A stretch of 64,000 nt of DNA, taken from assembly GCA_036229005.1 (NCBI GenBank), contig JAZAMN010000043.1, positions 1 through 64,000 of the forward strand, given 5' to 3'. Below the pieces are notes generated by a model that saw nothing but the letters and a program-made list of their open reading frames with translations, did not search any database and had not been told where the DNA came from. The position numbers were made by a program, and so were the translations under genes. Shown in pieces: positions 47,795 to 56,801 of this stretch; the first letter of the stretch is position 1, and every line of letters starts with the position of its first letter. This DNA comes from Myxococcota bacterium (GTDB lineage: Bacteria; Myxococcota_A; UBA796; CAJQPC01).

Positions 47795-48610
47795 ATGGAT
47801 GCAGTCGAGGACACCCTGGCGCGGACCCGCTTTCGCGGGCCGGTGCTGTTGGGGTTGGGAGTGGGGCTCTGCACGGTGGGGGTGCTCAGTGCGTGTGGGG
47901 GGCCGACGGTGATTCCGTACCGGCCGCCGACGACACCCATCGTGGCGCTCGAGCCGCTGGACGACGGAGAGCTGGTGGTCGCCGCTGGCGTGACCAACAC
48001 GGTGATCGTGGACAGCGACGATGGCGAGTCCTTCGTGATGCTGGTCCCGGGCACCAGCTACGACCTCTTCTCGCCCGCCGGCGCCTACGCGGGGACGGCC
48101 GCTCTGGGCGTCCAGCGCTTCGAGCTGCGCGGCGCCTTCGAGCGCAACGCGCAGGACTGGATGTTCGAGGCCGGGCTGGGCTTGCGCCTGCCCAGCTTCG
48201 CCCGCTGGACCCCCGTGGTCGACGTGGCCACCGGCTACGAGGAGATCCGGGACGAGTACACCCAGCAGGCCGACACCGCGGAGGGCCTGGAGGAGGAGGA
48301 CATCGACTACGCCTACCGCGTGGTCGCGCCCAGCGCGCGCGTGCGCATGGTCTGGCAGCCCAGCGACGCCCTCAGCGTCCCCCTGAGCCTGCGGGTCTCC
48401 CACTCGCGCACCGTCGCGCTGGAGGGCCTGGAAGACCGCAAGATGCCCACCCAGACCTACGTGGATCTGGGGGCTGGCGTGGTCTACAAGCCGGGGCGGG
48501 GTTGCCTGCGCCTGGGCGCCGGCGTGGCCGTGGATCCGCGCAGCCCCACGTCCGCGCAGCTCCACGCCGCGCTCGGCTGCAACACCCAGCTCTGGGGAGG
48601 TGCCCAGTGA
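47795..48610 (+). CDS. Putative outer-membrane beta-barrel lipoprotein, paralog 1 of 4
   Basis: LSAC lipobox; alternating beta-strand pattern; C-terminal Cys pair. Confidence 0.72.
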   Translation: MDAVEDTLARTRFRGPVLLGLGVGLCTVGVLSACGGPTVIPYRPPTTPIVALEPLDDGELVVAAGVTNTVIVDSDDGESFVMLVPGTSYDLFSPAGAYAGTAALGVQRFELRGAFERNAQDWMFEAGLGLRLPSFARWTPVVDVATGYEEIRDEYTQQADTAEGLEEEDIDYAYRVVAPSARVRMVWQPSDALSVPLSLRVSHSRTVALEGLEDRKMPTQTYVDLGAGVVYKPGRGCLRLGAGVAVDPRSPTSAQLHAALGCNTQLWGGAQ

Positions 48611-49236
48611 TCATCTTCGGACTCCTGAGCTTCGCCTCCGACCTGCCCACCCCGGGCCCAGCGCCCAGCCCCGTGTTCGTGCAGCCGCTGCACGAGGGCG
48701 TGCGCTTGGGCGCGAGCGCGGAGACCCTGCTGCTGCGGGGGGACCCGGCCTTCGCCCTCAGCGGACAGATGGGCGCCCCCCAGCTCAGCCTGCAGGCGGG
48801 CTGGGCGCACGCCGACGCCCGCCTCCAGGTCTCGCGCCTGCCCTTCGGCCCCGCGCTGGATGCCGCTGTCGCCTGGCACCGCGCCCAGCAGGGCGTCGGC
48901 GGCACGGACGTGGCGCTGGGGCTGGGTGTCGCGGCGCTGCGCAGCAGCGAGACGGCGATCAATCCCGGTGACGGGGTCGCGCCCTACGCGGAGCTCCGCG
49001 CCGCGCACCACTTCGAGGGCGGCTTCTCGCTCCCGGTCTCCGCGCGCGTCGGGACGGTCTGGGAGCCGGAGGACTCCCAGTCGGGCGCCTTCGCAGAGGT
49101 CAGCGTGGGCGCCGCCTGGCAGACCGAGAGCTGCTGGGAGGTGGGCGTCGGTGTTGTGGGCAGTACAACCCTGGAGACCGGCGATCTGCGGGCCCAGGCG
49201 GGTCTTAGCTGCCGCCTGGATCAGCTCGGGGGCTGA
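48607..49236 (+). CDS. Putative beta-barrel protein, paralog 2 of 4 (no lipobox Cys)
   Basis: GTGA overlap; APYAELR, SCWEVGVG...AGLSC. Confidence 0.65.
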   Translation: MIIFGLLSFASDLPTPGPAPSPVFVQPLHEGVRLGASAETLLLRGDPAFALSGQMGAPQLSLQAGWAHADARLQVSRLPFGPALDAAVAWHRAQQGVGGTDVALGLGVAALRSSETAINPGDGVAPYAELRAAHHFEGGFSLPVSARVGTVWEPEDSQSGAFAEVSVGAAWQTESCWEVGVGVVGSTTLETGDLRAQAGLSCRLDQLGG

Positions 49237-49305
49237 GTCTGCGCGCGCAGGGTCCCGCCCCAGGCGGGGCCCTGTCTGTGCGATCCTGCTCCCCAGGAGA
49301 CGACC

Positions 49306-50103
49306 GTGCACGCGAGATCCACCCTGCCTCTGGGCCTGCCCAGCGGCCTGCACCTGGGCCTGTCGTTGGCCTTGCCGCTGGCCTTGGGCGCCTGCGTCCC
49401 AGGGCCGCTGGTCGTGGCCACCCCGCCGGGCCGTGAACCCATCACCAACCTGGACGCGATGGAGGACGGGCAGACCGAACTCAGCGGCGCGCTGGGCGCC
49501 AGCGTGCTCCTGGACGACGACGGGCCCAGCGCACTCTTCCTGGACGCGGCCACCCTGGGCCCTCCGTGGACCTTGGCCGCTGCGCACAGCATCGACCGCT
49601 TCGAGCTGCGGGCGGCGTGGAACAAGACCATCCTGTGGAACCAGGGGAACCTGGGCGTGGGGGTGCGCCTTCCCTCCTTGGGCGCCTGGGATTTCGCGAT
49701 CGACGGCGGCTACGCCTTCGGCGGCTACGCCGACACCTTCACCATCGAAGAGGGCGACGAGAGCGAAGCCGCCGAGCTCCGCGAGCCAGGCACCTACAGC
49801 TACGCCTACCGCATGCACGCCCCCTACGGCCGGGCGCGGGCGGTCTACCGCGTGCGCGACGGCGTCTCCATCCCGCTGGCCCTGCGCATGTCCCACGCGT
49901 GGACCCAGAACCAGGGCGGCGTGCTCCCCCAGGAGCTCCAGCAGCAGAGCTTCCCGGAGCTCAGCGTGGGCGTGATCCTCACGCCGCCGCGCACCTGCCT
50001 GCAGGCCGGGGTCGGCATCCACTACACCGTCCTCCCCGACGTCTACGCGCCGATGGTGCAGGGCGCGCTGTCCTGCGTGTTCGCGGTCAAGGAGCGCACC
50101 TGA
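49306..50103 (+). CDS. Putative beta-barrel lipoprotein, paralog 3 of 4
   Basis: LGAC; YAYRMHAPYGRAR; TCLQAGVG...QGALSC; AGGAG RBS. Confidence 0.78.
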   Translation: MHARSTLPLGLPSGLHLGLSLALPLALGACVPGPLVVATPPGREPITNLDAMEDGQTELSGALGASVLLDDDGPSALFLDAATLGPPWTLAAAHSIDRFELRAAWNKTILWNQGNLGVGVRLPSLGAWDFAIDGGYAFGGYADTFTIEEGDESEAAELREPGTYSYAYRMHAPYGRARAVYRVRDGVSIPLALRMSHAWTQNQGGVLPQELQQQSFPELSVGVILTPPRTCLQAGVGIHYTVLPDVYAPMVQGALSCVFAVKERT

Positions 50104-50165
50104 GCGCTTGTGGTCCACCTGGGTTTGTGGCAGGTTCCAGGGGTCAGGGCCCCTTGGGGGCGAAC

Positions 50166-50903
50166 ATGGTCAAATCACTGCCCGCCGCGCTGGCTCTGCT
50201 GGGGCTGGGCGCCTGCGTCTCGGGGCCCACCGTGCTGGTGACCGCCCCCGCGCGGGAGCCCGTCTCGAACCTGGATGCGATGGCGCCGGGTCAGACGGAG
50301 CTGAGCGGCTCGCTGGGGGTCTCGCTCTACGCAGACGACAAGACGGTGGCGGTCTATCCGCTGGATCTCCCCACCCTGGGCAGCCCCTGGACCCTGGCGG
50401 CTGCGCACTCCGTGGGGCCCGTCGAGCTGCGGGGCGCCTACAACCGCAGCCTGCTCTGGGACCAGGGCAATGTTGGGGTGGGGCTGCGGCTCCCCTCGCC
50501 AGGACCCTGGGACTTTGTGGTGGACGGGGGCTACGCCTTCGGCGGCTACGCCGGCAGCTACAGCGTCGGCGAGGAGGACGACGCTCGAGAGGTCCCCTAC
50601 GCCTATCGCATGCACGCTCCCTACGGCCGGGCGCGCGTCGTCCGCTCGGTGGGGGACATCCTCTCGGTGGTCGGCGCCCTGCGGGTGGCCCACGCCTGGA
50701 CCCAGCCCGTTGAGGGCGTCAGCGCGCAGAACATGGAGCAGCAGACCTTCCCCGAGCTCAGCCTGGGGCTGGTCCACAGCGCCCCAAAGACCTGCCTGCA
50801 GGTGGGTGTGGGTGGGCACTATGTGCCCGTCGAACAGGTGCACAGCGTGCAGCTGCAGGGGGCCCTGTCGTGTGCGTTCGACGTGGGGAGCTGGAGGCGC
50901 TGA
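50166..50903 (+). CDS. Putative beta-barrel lipoprotein, paralog 4 of 4
   Basis: LGAC; highly similar to 49306..50103. Confidence 0.78.
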   Translation: MVKSLPAALALLGLGACVSGPTVLVTAPAREPVSNLDAMAPGQTELSGSLGVSLYADDKTVAVYPLDLPTLGSPWTLAAAHSVGPVELRGAYNRSLLWDQGNVGVGLRLPSPGPWDFVVDGGYAFGGYAGSYSVGEEDDAREVPYAYRMHAPYGRARVVRSVGDILSVVGALRVAHAWTQPVEGVSAQNMEQQTFPELSLGLVHSAPKTCLQVGVGGHYVPVEQVHSVQLQGALSCAFDVGSWRR

Positions 50904-50931
50904 ACCGGTGGATTCAGGCCTCCAGCAGAGC

Positions 50932-51099
50932 TCACAGCTCGGGCCGGCGGAGGGCGGCAGGTGGTTGGAGTTCCCGAGCGAGGGTGATGCCCGCCGCGCT
51001 CAGGAATGCGTAGATGCCCATGCTCGCGAAGAGCAGCGCCATTCCGCGCATCACCCAGAGCTCCTTGGCCTTGAGGGTGCGGAGCTTCGCTCGGACCAT
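50932..51099 (-). CDS. Small (55 aa) single-TM protein, below the ORF-track cut-off
   Basis: MVRAKLRTLKAKELWVMRGMALLFASMGIYAFLSAAGITLARELQPPAALRRPEL; fills the intergenic gap. Confidence 0.5.
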   Translation of the reverse strand: MVRAKLRTLKAKELWVMRGMALLFASMGIYAFLSAAGITLARELQPPAALRRPEL

Positions 51100-51158
51100 C
51101 CAGGCCCCGCCGCCAAAGCAGAGGGGGGCCCGAATCGACGCAGCCGCTACGATTCCCC

Positions 51159-52637
51159 ATGCGCCCGGATCTCCTCCTGCTGGACGTCGGCGGTGTGCTC
51201 CTGCAGCCCGCCGAGCCCGTCGACGCCACCTACCTCCGCATGGGCCGCCCCCACGGGGTGGAGCAGGTCGACTTCCGCCGCGCCTTCGCCCAGGTCTCCG
51301 GCCGCCAGCTCATGGACGGCCGCCCCTACTGGCGCGCGGTGGTGCGCGAGGCCACCGGCTGCGCGGACCCCACTTACTTCGAGGCCCTCTACCAGCACTA
51401 CGCCCAGCCCCAGGCCTGGCGCGTCGCGCCGGGCGCTCTGCCCCTCATCGACACCCTCCGCGCGCAGGGCACCCCCGTCGCCCTGGTCTCCAACTGGGAC
51501 ACCCGCCTGCGCGGCACCCTCCGCGCCATGGGTCTGCTCGACCGCGTCGACGCGCTCTTCGTCTCCGGCGAGCTGGGCGTCGAGAAGCCCGATCCCCGCA
51601 TCTTCCACCTGGCCTGCCGCCGCTTCGGTGTGCCCCCCAGCCGCGCCCTGATGGTCGGCGACTCCTGGTCCAAGGACGTCCACGGCGCCATCTTCGCGGG
51701 CGTGCCCGGGCTCCACTTTGGCGCACAGGTCAGCGACTTCCGCGACCTGGCGCGTTGGCTGGAGCGCCCTCCTTGGCACGCAGACGCGGTGCTCACGCTG
51801 CCCCAGGCCCGAGCCGTCGCCGCCGGCATCCCCGAGCTCGCGGACCAGCCCGTCGCGCCGCTCGGCCAGGGCTGGGACAGCACGGTCTACTCCGTGGGGG
51901 CCCAAGCAGTTCTGCGCGCGCCCCGCCGCCCCTTGGGGGCCGTCAGCCTGCACACCGAGCTGCAGGTCCTGCGCGCCCTGGATCTCCCCGGGGTCCCGAA
52001 GCTGCTCAGGGTGACCTCGCCGGTGGAGGGGTTTCCCTACGCGGTGGCGTGCTTTGAGCGGGTCGGAGGGGTGAGTCTCGAGCGCTGGGAGGGCCCCGAT
52101 CGCCGCCTCCTGGCCCACAGCCTCGGAGAGTTCTTGAGGGCGCTGCATGGGCAGGTGGACGCGCGGGCCGGGCCCGACACTCTGGGTCGCTTGGAGCCCC
52201 AGAGACTCCAGCGATCCATCCACCAGCGAGGACAGGCTGCCGTGGACGACGGCTGGCTCTCACAGCCCCCCGTCGCGCCCCCGGTCGAGTCCGTGGAGCA
52301 CGCTACCGCTCTGGTCCACGGGGACCTCTACGCCCGGCACATCCACGTGGACGCAGCGGGCGCGCTGGTCGGGCTGGTGGACTGGGGCGATGTGCACCTG
52401 GGCCACCCCGCGGTGGACCTGGCCGGTGTGCTGGGCGTGCTCCCGCCGACCCTGCGCTCGGTGTTCCTGGACGCCTACGGCTCCGTGTCACCCGGGACCC
52501 TGGCGCTGGCGCGCCTGCGGGGCATGCACCACCAGTTGGGGGTGCTCGCCTACGCGATGGACATCGGGGATCGGCCTCTGGCGCACACAGCGCGGCTGGC
52601 GCTGGGGTGGCTGGGGGAGGCTACGACCTCTGAGTGA
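51159..52637 (+). CDS. HAD-like hydrolase fused to an APH/choline-kinase-like phosphotransferase
   Basis: LLDVGGVL, VSNWD, EKPDPRIF, MVGDS; then LGQGWD, LVHGDL, LVDWGD. Confidence 0.88.
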   Translation: MRPDLLLLDVGGVLLQPAEPVDATYLRMGRPHGVEQVDFRRAFAQVSGRQLMDGRPYWRAVVREATGCADPTYFEALYQHYAQPQAWRVAPGALPLIDTLRAQGTPVALVSNWDTRLRGTLRAMGLLDRVDALFVSGELGVEKPDPRIFHLACRRFGVPPSRALMVGDSWSKDVHGAIFAGVPGLHFGAQVSDFRDLARWLERPPWHADAVLTLPQARAVAAGIPELADQPVAPLGQGWDSTVYSVGAQAVLRAPRRPLGAVSLHTELQVLRALDLPGVPKLLRVTSPVEGFPYAVACFERVGGVSLERWEGPDRRLLAHSLGEFLRALHGQVDARAGPDTLGRLEPQRLQRSIHQRGQAAVDDGWLSQPPVAPPVESVEHATALVHGDLYARHIHVDAAGALVGLVDWGDVHLGHPAVDLAGVLGVLPPTLRSVFLDAYGSVSPGTLALARLRGMHHQLGVLAYAMDIGDRPLAHTARLALGWLGEATTSE

Positions 52638-52885
52638 GCGGGGAGGGGAGGCTACGCCCCCTGGATGAGCGATGTTCTGAGGCTACGCCCCACCAGTGAG
52701 CGCTCGGGCCACCGATCAGGCCCTGAAGCGGCCAATTTCCGGCCGATTTCCACTGTTCTGGGCCCAGATTGCCCCCAAAGCAGCCGATTCGGTCACCCGA
52801 TCGCTCACTGAGCACCCGTAGCCGCGACAGACCGCTCACTCGGACCCGGTAGCCACCCCCCTGCGCTCACTTAGCCCCGGTAGCC
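52619..52885. repeat. 31-bp-period inverted array, locus D (3 + 3 boxes)
   Basis: GGCTAC-N8-RRTGAGCG at 52619, 52650, 52681; CGCTCACT-N8-GTAGCC at 52802, 52833, 52864; 99-bp core. Confidence 0.9.
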
Positions 52886-52903
52886 ACCCCAGAAACGCCA
52901 GAG

Positions 52904-54280
52904 TCAGCGCACAAAGCGCGCCACCACCTCGATGTGCCCGGTCTGAGGGAAGAGGTCGACGGCCTGCAGCCACTCCAGGGTCCAGCCGGCCGCCTCGAAC
53001 ACGGCGCGGTCCCGGGCCAGGGACTCGGGCTTGCAGGCCACGTAGACCAGGGTGCTCAGGCCGGAGTTCGCCAGGTACTCCGCGACCTTGGGGTGGAGGC
53101 CCGCCCGCGGCGGGTCCACGATGGCGATGTCGTCGTCGCGGAGCGCGGGCAGGTTGTCCTCGACCTTGCCGGCCTTGTACTGGATGTTGGAGCGCTCGTT
53201 GCGCTGGGCGTTGAGCCGGGCGTCTGCGACCGCCGCCTCGTTCATCTCGATCCCCAGGACCTCCTGGAAGCGGTCGCCCAGGTAGAGGCCGATCGCGCCG
53301 GTCCCGCAGTAGAGATCCAGCACGCGCCGTCCGCTGCCGGCGGCCTCGGCGACCACGTCGTAGAGCACCTCGGCGCCGGCGGTGTTGGTCTGGAAGAAGG
53401 CGGTCGCGGAGAGCTGGTAGCGGACGGGACCCAGGGCCTCGTCGATGGTGGTCTGGCCGGCCAGGACCTCGCGCAGAGGGCCGATGGCGGCGTCGGCCAC
53501 GCGCTCGTTGACGAACCAGAGCACGCCGTCGGCGGGGAGGGTGGCGGCGAGGGCGCGGAGCTCGTCTTCGATCTGCTCCACGGGCGCGTCTTGGGCTTCT
53601 GGGGGGGCTGTGTAGAGGGCGACCAGGACCTGCCCCACGCTGGAGGCCCGCACCACCAGGTGCTTGAGGAAGCCCACGTGCTCCCGTACATCCCAGGGCG
53701 CCAGCGAGGTCTGACTGTACCAGCCCTTCACCGCGGAGATCACGGCGTTCATCCGCGGGTCGGCGATCTCGCAGCGCTCCACGTCGACCACCCGGTCAAA
53801 GCGCCCGGGGGCGTGGAAGCCCAGGAAGCGCCCGTGGATGGACTTGCCGGCGGCGTTGTCGGCCTCGGTCAGGAAGCAGCGGGTGCCGAAGCTCAGCTCC
53901 ACCTTGTTGCGGTAGCCGAACGCGGCGGGGGCGCCGGCGATGGGGCGGGGGACCACGCCGGGGAACAGGCCGATGATGCGGCGCTGCTTCTCGCGGCGCT
54001 GGGCCTGCAGGTTGAGCTCCTGGAGGCTGCAGCCGCCGCAGAGGCCGAAGGCGGTGCAGGGAGGCTCCTGGTAGTCGGCGGGGCGCTCGACCATGTGGAC
54101 GCGGCGCGCGTGGATCACGCCCTGCTTGCGCTTGAAGGGGACCACGTGGACCACGGCGCCCGGGGGGGCGCTGCGGACCATGACCTCCTGGCCGTCGTGG
54201 GTGCCCACGGCGCAGCTCTTGGGACCCAGGCGGTCCAGGGTCAGGTCAAAGGGCGGGGTGTGTCGACGTCGGCGAGCCAT
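52904..54280 (-). CDS. rlmD: 23S rRNA (uracil-C5)-methyltransferase RlmD/TrmA family
   Basis: CxxFGLCGGCSLQ, YRNK, FFQTN, DLYCGTG, VDPPRAG, YVAC, VDLFPQTGHIE. Confidence 0.93.
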   Translation of the reverse strand: MARRRRHTPPFDLTLDRLGPKSCAVGTHDGQEVMVRSAPPGAVVHVVPFKRKQGVIHARRVHMVERPADYQEPPCTAFGLCGGCSLQELNLQAQRREKQRRIIGLFPGVVPRPIAGAPAAFGYRNKVELSFGTRCFLTEADNAAGKSIHGRFLGFHAPGRFDRVVDVERCEIADPRMNAVISAVKGWYSQTSLAPWDVREHVGFLKHLVVRASSVGQVLVALYTAPPEAQDAPVEQIEDELRALAATLPADGVLWFVNERVADAAIGPLREVLAGQTTIDEALGPVRYQLSATAFFQTNTAGAEVLYDVVAEAAGSGRRVLDLYCGTGAIGLYLGDRFQEVLGIEMNEAAVADARLNAQRNERSNIQYKAGKVEDNLPALRDDDIAIVDPPRAGLHPKVAEYLANSGLSTLVYVACKPESLARDRAVFEAAGWTLEWLQAVDLFPQTGHIEVVARFVR

Positions 54281-54304
54281 GGCCCCCGGCTAACCCAGGG
54301 GGGA

Positions 54305-54958
54305 TCACTCGGCGCTGAAACGGAGCCACATGCGGTATACCCGGCCGTCTCCGGCCTCCGCGCCAATGGGCGTCAGGCCGTAGCGCTCCATGCGCTTGAA
54401 GGTCTCCGTCGCGAAGGGCTCCGGGCAGTCGACCCACTGGACGTTCTCGGGCGTTCCGCGCTTGGCGACCTGCAGGTCGGCCACGCAGGTCAGCTCCGTG
54501 AGCCAGTGCTCGGCCATATACTGCTTCATCTCGCGGGTCACCCGCGGCGGCGAGGGCCAGTCCAGCCGGGCCATGGGCTCCAAGCGCACCAGGCGGGTCT
54601 TCTGGGGCAGCGGAACGGTCGTCTTCACCAGGCTGGCCACGTAGACGAAGGTGACCTCGTACTGGCCGGGGACGGCCAGATCCTGGTGCACCGCCGGGTG
54701 GAACTTCCAGCCGCGCACCGCGGCGCTGCTGGTGGCGGCGAGGTCATCGGGGCACTCACCCACGACCACGTCCGTCAGGACACCGAAGCGGTCCACCAGG
54801 GCGGTCACGCTGCAGGCGTGCAGCTCGCGGGGGCGCGACTCCACAAAGACCTGCGCCCGCAGGTCGGGGCTGGGGATGGGGTTGTGGTAGGGGCGCGTGC
54901 GGGGGCGCTCCGTGGTGCTGGTATCGGCCAGCAGCAACATGGCCAGCAGCGGGGTCAA
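54305..54958 (-). CDS. Protein with tandem TonB C-terminal-like domains
   Basis: VDRFGVLTDVVV...AVRGWKFHPA; second repeat VAKRGTPENV; TTGA overlap with upstream stop. Confidence 0.65.
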   Translation of the reverse strand: MTPLLAMLLLADTSTTERPRTRPYHNPIPSPDLRAQVFVESRPRELHACSVTALVDRFGVLTDVVVGECPDDLAATSSAAVRGWKFHPAVHQDLAVPGQYEVTFVYVASLVKTTVPLPQKTRLVRLEPMARLDWPSPPRVTREMKQYMAEHWLTELTCVADLQVAKRGTPENVQWVDCPEPFATETFKRMERYGLTPIGAEAGDGRVYRMWLRFSAE

Positions 54959-55476
54959 CGCTGCCCCCAGGCCATGCCTCCCTGCTGGGCGATGGAGGCG
55001 AGCTGGATGAGCCCCTCGCTGGCGCCGCGGCGGTAGGAGACACCCAGGCGCATGGGCAACATGCCCAGGGCCACCAAGCCCGGATCCCGGCCTTCTTCGT
55101 TGATCTTGTTCGCCACCCGCAGGACCTCGCTGGGGCCGTCATCGTAGCGATCGCGGTGTCCAAAGGCGATGTATTCGCGGAGCACCTGGTTCAGCGGCTG
55201 CCAGCGATCCTCCTCTCCCTGAGCCAGCAGCACCCCCACACCCGCGTGCAGGTACAGCTCGGTCGCCAGCTCGGCGTCAGGGCAACCCAGGGCCGCCCGA
55301 AAGTCTTGGGAGATCGCGAACATATCCTGCTCCACCAGGCCGCGAAGCGCGCGGACCGCACCCTCTGCATCGGATGCCTGCGCGATCTCCTGGACCCTGG
55401 ACGCGAGCTTTTCTTCCGCCGCGGCGTCGATGGACACCGGGGGCAGGGGCCTGCGGAGCCGGTCGATCCAGCGCAC
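54955..55476 (-). CDS. Hypothetical protein
   Basis: ORF abutting neighbours on both sides; plausible globular composition. Confidence 0.7.
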   Translation of the reverse strand: MRWIDRLRRPLPPVSIDAAAEEKLASRVQEIAQASDAEGAVRALRGLVEQDMFAISQDFRAALGCPDAELATELYLHAGVGVLLAQGEEDRWQPLNQVLREYIAFGHRDRYDDGPSEVLRVANKINEEGRDPGLVALGMLPMRLGVSYRRGASEGLIQLASIAQQGGMAWGQR

Positions 55477-56436
55477 TCAGCCGGCCACCAGGGCGGAGAG
55501 CCAGGCGGCGAAAGCGGGGCTCTCCACGACCTGACGGCTCTGCTTGAGCAGCAGCTCCTGCAGGGGGGGGCGCCAGGACTGCTCCAGACCGGAGCCGGCC
55601 AGGAAGCTGCGGGCGCTCTGGCTGCCCTGCTCGTCCACGAGCTGCTGCAGGCCGTCGCGGAGCATGGACTCGAGCTCAGAGGAGTGCACCGCGACCTTGA
55701 GCAGGGCGTGGACGTCGTCGATCAGGGCGTCCGGGTCCAGCTTGTCCAGCTCAGCGACCCACATCTTGACCGGGAAGGCCAGGGCGACGTCCACCATGTC
55801 CGAGCGCATCTGCCCGTATTCCTTGGCGTTCTCGGGCTTGGCCATGTGGTTGACCGCGTTCCCGATGGCGTGGCTGATGGCCCCGTCCACGAAGGTCTGG
55901 ATGCGGCCCTCAAGCTGGCGCTCGACCTCGGAGCCCACCATCTTGGCGGCCACGGTCGCGGCCCCGGCCCACTGCGCCAGCCGGCCCTTGCCCAGGTTGG
56001 CCGTGGGCGGCTTGATCATGGACGCAAAGTCCGTCAGCGAGGCCGTCAGCACCACCCGCATCAGGTTGCGCATGGCCTTGTGGTCCACCAGCGCCCGCAG
56101 CATGTGCGGGTCGGGCGAGTAGGGGCGCGAGAGCAGATCCTTGACCGGGGGGAGGGCGTCCATGGGGACCCGGTGCATCAGCGTGCCGGGCTCCTGGCGA
56201 ACCCGCTCCAGGGCCGCGCGCACCTGGTCGCGGAGCCACTCGCGGGTCTCGTCCTGGTCCACGCTGGCGCGCATGCCGGCCACCAGCGCGTCGGCCATGG
56301 GCTCGGGGTCCACCAGCTCCGCCAGGGGGCGCTCCAGCAGGTCTTCCAGCACCAGGTCGACCAGGGCCTCCATGTGCTGGGGCTCCTGTCGCAGGCGGTT
56401 GATGAGGACCTCGGCGTCGACCACGGGTTTCTCCAA
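55477..56436 (-). CDS. Hypothetical all-alpha protein
   Basis: Strong GC3 bias; GGAG RBS; operonic with two downstream genes. Confidence 0.8.
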   Translation of the reverse strand: MEKPVVDAEVLINRLRQEPQHMEALVDLVLEDLLERPLAELVDPEPMADALVAGMRASVDQDETREWLRDQVRAALERVRQEPGTLMHRVPMDALPPVKDLLSRPYSPDPHMLRALVDHKAMRNLMRVVLTASLTDFASMIKPPTANLGKGRLAQWAGAATVAAKMVGSEVERQLEGRIQTFVDGAISHAIGNAVNHMAKPENAKEYGQMRSDMVDVALAFPVKMWVAELDKLDPDALIDDVHALLKVAVHSSELESMLRDGLQQLVDEQGSQSARSFLAGSGLEQSWRPPLQELLLKQSRQVVESPAFAAWLSALVAG

Positions 56437-56474
56437 GCTCCCAGACCGAATAACCCCAGAGGGTGTTGGAGCAC

Positions 56475-56801
56475 ATGCAGCCGGGCGGCAGAGGTCGCCT
56501 CGTCATCGATCGCAGGGCCCTGCTCGGGGCCATCGCCGGCATGTTGGCGGTCTTCCTGGTGCTGGCCGCGGGCGTGTCCTGGGTGCTGCACAGTGTCGGC
56601 CTTGTGCCCTCCGAGCCCGAGCCCGTCAGCGTCAGCTACGACCCCTACGACGACGGCGTCCCCTTGGAGGCGCGCCTGCCCGAGGGCGTCCCCGAGCGCC
56701 TGACCCCGCTGGAGCGCTGGGAGGCGCTGGTCTTTGGGGAGGAGGAGGACCCGGAGCCCCCTACACCTGCGCCCGCACCGCCGGAGCCCGCAGGGCCCTG
56801 A
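56475..56801 (+). CDS. Small single-TM hypothetical protein
   Basis: GGAG RBS, TM segment, Pro/Glu-rich tail; 41-bp convergent overlap with the MFS gene. Confidence 0.6.
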   Translation: MQPGGRGRLVIDRRALLGAIAGMLAVFLVLAAGVSWVLHSVGLVPSEPEPVSVSYDPYDDGVPLEARLPEGVPERLTPLERWEALVFGEEEDPEPPTPAPAPPEPAGP

